Positions 16,620-24,388 of a DNA stretch of 64,000 bases are shown here, in pieces. The DNA lies in NCBI GenBank assembly GCA_964458655.1, contig CAYWJT010000001.1:4145-68144 (forward strand), read 5' to 3'. The stretch is from an uncultured Eubacteriales bacterium. Its GTDB lineage: Bacteria; Acidobacteriota; Aminicenantia; Aminicenantales; Saccharicenantaceae. The stretch's first letter is position 1, and each line of letters opens with the position of its first letter. The translations under genes were made by a program, and so were the position numbers. The notes beneath the pieces are model-generated. The model saw only the letters and a list, made by a program, of their open reading frames with translations. It ran no database searches and was not told the origin of the DNA.

Positions 16620-17648
16620 ATGAAGTCATCGAAGTATGCACGGCAGATGATGTTATTCGCCGGGCTTTTGCCGATGGTCATAAGTTGCGGCGGGCCGAGA
16701 CAGGAAACGATAAAAGTGCAACCGATAGAGATAGTCGCTTCGTTCCCTGGAGAAGAGCTTTCCGGTCAGAGCGTATTCTTGAACGGGGCCCTTTATTTCG
16801 CGCATGACGATCAGCGGACTTTTTTCATTTCGAATACTAGAGAAGGGAACATCCTTCGGTTTGATGCGGAAGGCAATTATGTTGAGACAATCGGCCGCAA
16901 GGGCCAGGGCCCGGGAGAACTATCATATATCAACGATATAATGGTGATTGACGATGAAATAGCTGTTCAGGACATCGGGAACCATAAAATTCAGTTCTTC
17001 AGCAAGGAGGGGAAGCCTCGGGACAGTTTTCGCACGTTTAAGACCTATCGCGGCATGGCTTATGATAAGAAGAGGGGCTTGATCTATGCCGCTCCGATGC
17101 TCAGCAGGCCGGATGAGGAGCTCGTTGACGTGTTGGATCTCAACGGGAAGCTTATACGCTCCTTTGGCAAGCCTCTTGAGTTCGAGCGGAAATGGACGCA
17201 ATTGAATATGGTTAATCTTTCCCTTACCGATGGCGACGAGCTGCTTTTGGCCTTTGTCTTTTTCCCCATAATCAGGAAATATAGCCAGGAGGGGAACCTC
17301 CTGACGGAAAAGCACATCGACTACGGCCCCTGGCGAGAAAAAGAGGCGAATAATATCGCGGCTTATAAAGACAGTTTGGCGAGTGCGATCAACCCGTCTT
17401 TCTATGCGGTAATGAATGCGATCAGGAATTGGAAACGGCGGCTTTTTATTTTAAGCTTGCTGCCGGAAAGAACCATCCTGGAATTGGACGCGGCACTCCG
17501 CGTCAAGAGTGTCTATCTTGATGCGAACCGGAGCGATTATTTCGCCGTTGATTTCATTGTCAGTGAAGATGAGGGGGGACTGAAGTTTTATGTCCTGCAG
17601 GTTATGCCCGAAAACGTAGTCGACGTCTTCGGCTATAAAAAATACTAA
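16620..17648 (+). CDS. NHL-repeat / 6-bladed beta-propeller lipoprotein, paralog 2
   Basis: AAGGAG RBS. Lipoprotein signal LLPMVISCGG. IGRKGQGPGEL NHL repeat. The conserved blocks are colinear with paralog 1. Confidence 0.7.
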   Translation: MKSSKYARQMMLFAGLLPMVISCGGPRQETIKVQPIEIVASFPGEELSGQSVFLNGALYFAHDDQRTFFISNTREGNILRFDAEGNYVETIGRKGQGPGELSYINDIMVIDDEIAVQDIGNHKIQFFSKEGKPRDSFRTFKTYRGMAYDKKRGLIYAAPMLSRPDEELVDVLDLNGKLIRSFGKPLEFERKWTQLNMVNLSLTDGDELLLAFVFFPIIRKYSQEGNLLTEKHIDYGPWREKEANNIAAYKDSLASAINPSFYAVMNAIRNWKRRLFILSLLPERTILELDAALRVKSVYLDANRSDYFAVDFIVSEDEGGLKFYVLQVMPENVVDVFGYKKY

Positions 17649-17663
17649 ATGAAAGGAAGGTAT

Positions 17664-17773
17664 CATCGACAACACCCAGGTTCACGCGGCCGTCCGCAAG
17701 GCCCTGGGCTTCTGACATTCCCTCACGGTCCGGGATTATTTTCGGCACCCCTTGAATCTCGCGCCGCGGCGAT
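17664..17773 (+). repeat. Right copy of the ~110-bp direct repeat
   Basis: Its first 55 nt differ from the left copy at 1 position (tcg to gcg). The following non-coding 55 nt are about 70% identical to the left copy. Confidence 0.8.
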
Positions 17774-18020
17774 CGCCTGCTGTCTTCTGCTCCTTCAGTT
17801 CCTCTGGGCGCCCGTCGAGGCGACGCCCGGGGAGGATTACACGCTCTACCTGTTCAAGCTGACCGAGGGCGAAGCGGCCGGCTACGTCTCGATCTACGAA
17901 GGCCCCGTGATCGATGTCAAGTGCCCGCCGCCCGGGTCGGACGTCCAGGGCTCGTCCAGAGGAGGCGGAGGCGGCAACCCGCCCGGCTCGGGCCGCGCAA
18001 GAGTGAATAAATAAGCTGCC

Positions 18021-21000
18021 TCACCGGATGGCGATCACGGCGCCCGTTGAATAGGCCGCGAACTCGGGAGCGTACATCGACTGCAAGGTAGCCGGCGCGG
18101 CCTTGAAGACGCCGGCCGTGGCGCAGCGCAGGCGGTGGCTGAGAGTGTATTCGCCCTGCGGCAGCCATTCGATGAAGAAGTTCGTGCCGCTGTCACGGAC
18201 CTCCTCGTAGCGCGCCAGGCCCAGTTCCCACTTGTAGCCGGACCTGAGCGTCACGGGCTCGCAGCCGGCCGGCCGCGGGTCCCTGAGGTGCACGTATTCG
18301 GCCTGATGGCGGGCCCGGACCGAGAGCCGGACCTCGATTTCGTCGCCCACCGCGAGCGGCGCGCCCTCGCCGAGCGGCTTCAAGACGACTTCGCCGCCCC
18401 GCTTCTCGCGCTTGTAGTAGGCCCGGTCCACGGCGAACAGGTCGCCCTCGCTCTTTTCGGGCAGGCGGTCGGTGCTGAAGTGCCAGGTCGCGCTCGCGAA
18501 GGCCGGGCCCTTCCCGGTCTTCGTCAGGCGGACCTTCGCGCAGTCCGGCCCGAGCTTGTCGCCGGTTATTACAAGCCGGTTCTTCTTGCCGGTGTACCTG
18601 TCGGGCTCGAAGACGAAAGAGGCCTTCAGCCCGCAGGCTTCGGCCGTAACCGACTCCCGGACGGCCGGGCCGCCCGTCTCCTTCAGGAACCAGGCCACCG
18701 AGTAGAGGACCTCCGCCGTGGCCCTGGTCGATTTCCAGTGGTTGAGCTTCTTGTTGAGGAAGAGCCACTGGACGAGCCCCTCGCTCCGCCTGTCGGCCGG
18801 GTCGAGCTCGAGAAGAGTCCGCAACGCGAAGGCCTGGCTTTCGATGGTGTCGTTGTACCAGAGCCAGGCGCGGTCCTCGGGCGCCCAGCTCGTCCCTTCG
18901 TCCTCGGTCGTCCTGGCGCTGTCCATGACGCTGTCCCAGACCAGGGCGGCGTCTTTCGCCCTGCCGGCCCGCTTGAGCGTCAGGGCCAGGAAGCCTTTGA
19001 GATAGGGCGAGTGCTCCTTCCAGTGTTTGAAACAAAAGTCCAGCATACGGGCGCGGTCGGCGGCCGTGAAAGAACCTTCCGTCCAATCCTGAGAGGGGAA
19101 GTTGCTGAGGACGTAGTTCAAGAAAGTCACGAACTCCCAGCCTGTGTCACGGGCCATGAGGCCGGCCGTCATGTCGTCGAGATAGCGGCCATGCAGATAT
19201 TTTAAGGCCCTGGCCACGGGTTCTTTCGGCACCTCAGCCCCGAACTCGAGGGCCTTGGAGAAGCCGTGGACGATGTAGAGGGTCATGTAGGGCGACGGCG
19301 GGCCGCCCGGCCACCAGGGGAAGGCCCCTGAGGCGAGCTGAGCGCCGAGCAGTTTCTCGAGGGACGCCTGCCTCTGGGCCGCGGCCGCCCTCGGGTCGAG
19401 GACCTTGGCCAGGTCCTCGCCGGCGTCCTTCCCGCCCCGGGCGGCGTCGAGCCAGGGGGTCTCTTCGAGCGACATCTTGCGGTTGGGGTCGGCGGCCTCG
19501 AAGGCCTCGTAGGCCGTTTCCCGCTTGCTCAATTCCCGGGCCATGCGCTCGACCTGCGGGTACCGGCTGTAGAGGCTGGTCAGGATGCCGGTCGCGAGGA
19601 AGCGGTTCAGGGTCTGTTCGGTGCACTCGTAGGGATAGTTGACGAGGTAAGGCAGGGCCTCGAGCAGTCCATAGAAAAGTTGGGCGTCGACGGTGACGAC
19701 GAGCTGTTCATTAAGCAGCGTCGGGTCGCCGGACCGCGCCATGTCCTCGAAGACGAGCTCGCGCGGCTTGCCTTCCTTGAGCGCCGCGAAACGCGACTGG
19801 ACGAGGTGCATCCGGCCCGGCAGCACGGGCAGGGGACGGAGCTCGCCGTCGGACATGTCGCCGGCCCGCGCCATGACCTTGAAGGCCGCCGTGCCGACCC
19901 GGACGGGCGCTGTCAGCGGGAAGCTCACCGTCGTCCCGGCGCCGGGTTTGACCGTGAACGGCCGCAGCGGGACGCTTTCCGGCAGCCCGAAGGCCGGGGC
20001 CAGGTTCATGCCGGTCAGGGGGTCGCTCACTTCGAGCGCGACTTCGCCGGCCAGCTCCCGGCCGCCGGCGTTGTTGACCACGACGCGCAGTTCGGCCGAG
20101 TCTTCCTCTCGCAGGAAGCGCGGCAGGTAGGGCCGGACCACGAGCTCCTTGACGGTCCGGGCCTCGGCCTCGAGCGAACCCGCCTCGAGTTCGCGCGTGA
20201 CGGCATGGACGAAGACGCGCCATGACGTGACCGAGTCGGGCACGCTGAACTCGATGGCGGCCGTGCCGTCGTCGCCCGTGAGAAGATGCGGCTGCCAGAA
20301 GGCCGTCTCGGCGAAGTCGGAGCGCGGCGCGGACGGCGGTCCAGGCCGGACCAGGCCCATCTCTTCGTGGACCGTGATCTCTTCCCGAATTTCAGGAGTC
20401 AGCGTCTTGGCCGCCACGCTCCTGGGCGCCTCGGCTCCCACGGTGGCATCGACTTCGCCCACAACGCCGCCCAGGACCCCGCCGACGACCCCTCCCTCGA
20501 TTCCGATAGAAGAGAGTCTTCCCGGCCCTCCGACGCCGTATCCGGAGATGGAGAGCAGACGGTCCTCCCGGAAGGCGGGGCTGGCCGGGATCTTCCGCCA
20601 TCCCCGGTCGGATTCGAACAAGGTCCAGGCCGTCCCCAGCGCCGCCTTCCATAGGCTCGCGCCGGTCCGGTCCGCGTAGAGCGCCGATACCCGCGGCGGC
20701 CGGTGCGTCTCGAAAAGGTCGAGGCTGCGGTCGTACATGTAGGCCAGGAGCTCGGCCGCGCCCTTCTCAGCCGGCCGGCCGTCAGGCGTCTTCACCGTCA
20801 CTTTCCATGTTTCGCGGGCGCCGGGCGCGATCCTGTCACGAAAGGTCGCGAACGATATCCTGAGCTCTTTGTTGTCCCAGGGCACCAGGACCGAGGCGGC
20901 CTCGCTCATGAACTGGTGGTCGCGAACGGCGCAGGCCGAAACGCTGAAGCCGCCCCGGAGCTCCTCGGTCACGGCCACCTCGATGACGCTGCCGTCCGTT

Positions 21001-24000
21001 CCGGCCTCGAGGCGGCGGCTTTCCAGGAGTCGGCCGCCGCTCCAGATCTCGAAGAGGACAGGCTGGCCCGCCCAGCCGCTCGCGACGAGGAGGCGGGCCG
21101 TCCCGCCGACCGGAACGCTGGGCTTCTCGGCCCTGACGACGAGCGGCAGCTTGAGCTCCGGGCCGCTTCTACCGGCCGTGAGGAAGTCGAGCCTGTCGCG
21201 CGCCGCCGCGCCGAAGTCGTCCTTCGTTTCGTAGATGAAGCGGTAGGCCCCGGCCGGGAGCGCCGGGACGCTTACGGCCGCCCGGCCGGAGGCGTCGTGC
21301 TCGACCGCGCCGCGGGCCGCTTCCGGTCCCTGCGCCCACACGGCCAGGATGTCTTCGGAGGCGCATGACTCCCAGCGCGGCCGCAGGCGGTCGCCCGGTG
21401 TCGGCGGAAAAGCCGGGTCTTCAGGGCCCGGACCGGGCGGCAGGGGCTGGTCGGCGGGAAGGAGGGTTCCGACGGGCTGGATGAGCCGGACCACGCGCCA
21501 GCCGCCTTTGCCGGGCCTGGGCGTCCCGTCGAGGTCCGTCCGCGAGATCGTGAACGAGGCCTCCCGGCCAGAAGGGAAGAAGCCGCTCCCGGCTTCGACC
21601 CGGGCCTCGACGCCGACGAAGCCCAGCCGGAAGGCGCGCTCCGCGGAACGGGTTTCGCCGCCCTCGTCCGTGACGTCCGCCGAAAGCGAGTATAGGTAAG
21701 AAATCCCTTCCGCCTCGCCTTCCCGTGTCTCTTCGGCCCTGGGCGTGAACTCTACCAGGCAGGAGCCGTCATCGCCCGTCTTCGCCCGGCCGCCGGCCAC
21801 GACCCGGCTCGGACCGGACGGGTTACGCCGCCGCCATCGGGGGTTGAAGACCGGTTCGCGCCGCACCTGCCAGACGACCTCGCCGCCCGCGACCGGGAGG
21901 CCGAAATAATAGCGGGCTTCGAGCTTGAGCTTCGCCGGGCGGTTCAAGCGCAGCGGCTTGTCCGGGTCCTTCACCGAAACCTCGAAGGTCGGCCTTTTGT
22001 ATTCTTCGACGCGGATGCGGGCCCGTCCCGCGGGCGAGGCCCGCAGGCTCCAGCTGCCGAGCGGACGGCCCGCGGCCGGGATGACGAATTCGCCGCCGGC
22101 CGTTCCGAAGCCGTTGGTCACGACCGAGGCCTGGGCGACCTCCTCGGAGTTGTCGTCCTCGAGCCGGACGGTAACCGTCGCCCCGGCGGCGGGCGAGAGG
22201 CGTCCGAGGTCGCGCCGGCTGCTGTAGGCCAGGACCTTCCAGCGCACCTTCTGACCCGGCCGGTAGACCGACCGGTCGGTATATATGAGCGAGGCCCGTG
22301 TTTCCCGGGCTTCCGGCCTTCTTCTGAAGAAGGAAAGGAACTTGGTGCTGAAAGCCAGGTCCCGGCCCTTTCTGGCTGTTATGAAATAGCCGCCGTGTTT
22401 CTCGCGCGCCGCGAACCAGGCCCGGCCTTCTCCGTCGGTCGTCCGAGACTCGAGCTTCTCCAAGCCTTTTCCCCAGGAAAAGGAGAAGAGAGCGACCTCG
22501 GCTCCGGGGACGGGAAGCCCCGAACTCCCGGAAACGGCCTGGACCTCAACCCTTCCGGTCCCTGACTCTTCCCCGTCCCGGCGGATGAGAAGGACGATGT
22601 CGCTGACGCAAATACCCAGGCCGACGACCTTGTTTTCCGGCCCGGCGAAGTCCTCCTTTGCCGACGCGGCCAGGAGATAGAGGCCCGGTTTCAAATCTCC
22701 GGGCAGCAGTGAGTAGGTGAAGTGTTCCCGGTAATCGGCTCTAGCGTCCAGGTCGACGCGCCATTCGGCGTCCGGACGGCGGCTCTCGGCCGCTTTGCGC
22801 GCGTCTTCGCCCTCTGGGAAAAGGAGGCGGTTCTTCGCGTCCTTGAGCAGCGCTTCGGCGTCCAGGGCGAAGGCCCGGATGAAAAGATGGTCGAGGTTCT
22901 TGTGGCTTATGCGGATGGAACGCCGTCCCGGCGAGTCGTTCTCCATGGCCTTGACGTTGAAATCTGGCGCTTCGATTGCCCGGACGACGTGAAGACAGCG
23001 CCGTCCGCCGGGAGAATCGGGGAACCGCTTGACGCCTTCCAGGGCGATTTCGCGGGCCCTGACGAGGGCGCCGGGGTATTCTTCCTTGCCTTCATGATCA
23101 GCGAGCAGGGCCTGGCCGGCCGCCCACCAGGCATGCTTGCGGTTCGAGGAGGAAGCCAGGAACGCGGCCAGGTGCCGTTTGATCAGTGCTTGGCTCTCGC
23201 CGCTCTCGAAAGCGTCGAAGAGGGCCCGGACGAGCTCGAAGCGCGCCTCGAGCGCCGCCTCGAACCTGCCTGAACGCCTGCTCCAGGCTTCGTGCTCGCC
23301 GAGAAGCGCGGCGAGCTTTTCCACGGGATGGGCTGAAGGCGAAGACAGGACGGCGGCCGCGTTCTCGGACCGGGTCTTTCCGGCCTCGGCCAGAAGGCCC
23401 TTGAGGTCGACGAGCCAGGTTTCGTCCATCTGGCGCGGCGCCCAGAAGCTCTTGTCGGCGAGCAGGCGGGCGAGGTGGTAGACCACGGCGTCGCGAAGTG
23501 CGTCGCGCACGCCGGCCGGGTACTCGCCGGCCTTCCAGAAATCGGGGAGGTCGGCCGTCTTGAGGCCGGCCAGCTTCTCCCGGTCCTTCCAGACCCTGAG
23601 GAGCGCGTCCCAGCCCTCGGCGAAGATCTGGTCCCTGGTCCAGGACTTCAGGTCGAGAGGCTCCCGGGATTCGACGCGCTCCCGCTCGCTTATCTCCCAC
23701 GAATAGGCACGGTAGTAATCCATGAGGGACTGGCCGTAGAAGAGGTCGAGCATGTCGCGCTCGAGAGGGGATTCGGGCCAGGGCTCGGACTTGAAAAAGC
23801 GGACCGCCGTCTCGTAGCCGTGCAGGGCGGAGCGGAGCCCGCCTTCCTTTATAAGCGACCAGGCCCAGAGCGCTGCGTCGCCGGACTTCCTGGCTTCGGC
23901 CCGTGCGCGGGCGCATTCGGCCGCCGCCTCCTCGAACTTCTGCTCCTCGATGAGCTTCTCAACGGCCTTTCGCGCGGCTTCGGAAACGGCCCGGGCCTGG

Positions 24001-24251
24001 TCCCGGACCGGGCTCCTATCCTGGAAGGCCGGCTCAGGCGGCGGGGGAGGGGACGTCGGCTCTTCCGCCGCGGACAGGGTCGGCGCGACGCGTCCCGCGG
24101 AAAGCGGGCAGGTGTTGTTCCGGCCGGCCGCCAGGATGCCGGCTGCCAGCAAGGCCGCGAGGAGGGTTACCGCGGGGACGGACGGCCCGGCGCCTCCCCG
24201 ATCACGCTTCGCGAGTGTCGGTCCACGTCCTGATGAATCGCCCATAGCCAC
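18021..24251 (-). CDS. Bacterial alpha-2-macroglobulin, thioester-containing type (2076 aa)
   Basis: YPYECTEQT is the CxEQ thioester motif (E. coli YfhM has YPYGCLEQT). The C-terminus QSMYAPEFAAYSTGAVIAIR parallels the YfhM C-terminus. It has N-terminal hydrophobic signal or anchor and a Pro-rich linker. Confidence 0.85.
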   Translation of the reverse strand: MAMGDSSGRGPTLAKRDRGGAGPSVPAVTLLAALLAAGILAAGRNNTCPLSAGRVAPTLSAAEEPTSPPPPPEPAFQDRSPVRDQARAVSEAARKAVEKLIEEQKFEEAAAECARARAEARKSGDAALWAWSLIKEGGLRSALHGYETAVRFFKSEPWPESPLERDMLDLFYGQSLMDYYRAYSWEISERERVESREPLDLKSWTRDQIFAEGWDALLRVWKDREKLAGLKTADLPDFWKAGEYPAGVRDALRDAVVYHLARLLADKSFWAPRQMDETWLVDLKGLLAEAGKTRSENAAAVLSSPSAHPVEKLAALLGEHEAWSRRSGRFEAALEARFELVRALFDAFESGESQALIKRHLAAFLASSSNRKHAWWAAGQALLADHEGKEEYPGALVRAREIALEGVKRFPDSPGGRRCLHVVRAIEAPDFNVKAMENDSPGRRSIRISHKNLDHLFIRAFALDAEALLKDAKNRLLFPEGEDARKAAESRRPDAEWRVDLDARADYREHFTYSLLPGDLKPGLYLLAASAKEDFAGPENKVVGLGICVSDIVLLIRRDGEESGTGRVEVQAVSGSSGLPVPGAEVALFSFSWGKGLEKLESRTTDGEGRAWFAAREKHGGYFITARKGRDLAFSTKFLSFFRRRPEARETRASLIYTDRSVYRPGQKVRWKVLAYSSRRDLGRLSPAAGATVTVRLEDDNSEEVAQASVVTNGFGTAGGEFVIPAAGRPLGSWSLRASPAGRARIRVEEYKRPTFEVSVKDPDKPLRLNRPAKLKLEARYYFGLPVAGGEVVWQVRREPVFNPRWRRRNPSGPSRVVAGGRAKTGDDGSCLVEFTPRAEETREGEAEGISYLYSLSADVTDEGGETRSAERAFRLGFVGVEARVEAGSGFFPSGREASFTISRTDLDGTPRPGKGGWRVVRLIQPVGTLLPADQPLPPGPGPEDPAFPPTPGDRLRPRWESCASEDILAVWAQGPEAARGAVEHDASGRAAVSVPALPAGAYRFIYETKDDFGAAARDRLDFLTAGRSGPELKLPLVVRAEKPSVPVGGTARLLVASGWAGQPVLFEIWSGGRLLESRRLEAGTDGSVIEVAVTEELRGGFSVSACAVRDHQFMSEAASVLVPWDNKELRISFATFRDRIAPGARETWKVTVKTPDGRPAEKGAAELLAYMYDRSLDLFETHRPPRVSALYADRTGASLWKAALGTAWTLFESDRGWRKIPASPAFREDRLLSISGYGVGGPGRLSSIGIEGGVVGGVLGGVVGEVDATVGAEAPRSVAAKTLTPEIREEITVHEEMGLVRPGPPSAPRSDFAETAFWQPHLLTGDDGTAAIEFSVPDSVTSWRVFVHAVTRELEAGSLEAEARTVKELVVRPYLPRFLREEDSAELRVVVNNAGGRELAGEVALEVSDPLTGMNLAPAFGLPESVPLRPFTVKPGAGTTVSFPLTAPVRVGTAAFKVMARAGDMSDGELRPLPVLPGRMHLVQSRFAALKEGKPRELVFEDMARSGDPTLLNEQLVVTVDAQLFYGLLEALPYLVNYPYECTEQTLNRFLATGILTSLYSRYPQVERMARELSKRETAYEAFEAADPNRKMSLEETPWLDAARGGKDAGEDLAKVLDPRAAAAQRQASLEKLLGAQLASGAFPWWPGGPPSPYMTLYIVHGFSKALEFGAEVPKEPVARALKYLHGRYLDDMTAGLMARDTGWEFVTFLNYVLSNFPSQDWTEGSFTAADRARMLDFCFKHWKEHSPYLKGFLALTLKRAGRAKDAALVWDSVMDSARTTEDEGTSWAPEDRAWLWYNDTIESQAFALRTLLELDPADRRSEGLVQWLFLNKKLNHWKSTRATAEVLYSVAWFLKETGGPAVRESVTAEACGLKASFVFEPDRYTGKKNRLVITGDKLGPDCAKVRLTKTGKGPAFASATWHFSTDRLPEKSEGDLFAVDRAYYKREKRGGEVVLKPLGEGAPLAVGDEIEVRLSVRARHQAEYVHLRDPRPAGCEPVTLRSGYKWELGLARYEEVRDSGTNFFIEWLPQGEYTLSHRLRCATAGVFKAAPATLQSMYAPEFAAYSTGAVIAIR

Positions 24252-24388
24252 CTCCGCGGTTCGGCCGACGTTTCGAGGGCCGTGAAACCGGCTCCCATAT
24301 CAATGATACAACACGGCCCGAGGAATATTCCAAATGACTTGCTTTGGGGCGGGGCTCATGGCCCGGCCGGGCGGAGCACATCGGCCGC

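Larger units (their letters stand above)
14990..17650. other. Low-GC (about 45%) insertion island carrying two paralogous lipoprotein genes
   Basis: There is an abrupt compositional drop relative to the 65-70% GC flanks. It is bounded by the direct repeats at 14829-14938 and 17664-17773. Confidence 0.7.

Noticed and set aside
20605-20626. The minus-strand reading contains GGACCTTGTTCGAATCCGAC, which includes the tRNA T-loop consensus GTTCGAATCC
   Set aside because: It lies inside the alpha-2-macroglobulin reading frame, and I could not assemble acceptor or anticodon stems around it. It is most likely a chance match in GC-rich coding DNA.
18135-24233. Multiple 100-350-aa plus-strand ORFs inside the alpha-2-macroglobulin gene
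   Set aside because: All are antisense to a gene with end-to-end homology to YfhM-type macroglobulins. They are GC-bias artefacts.
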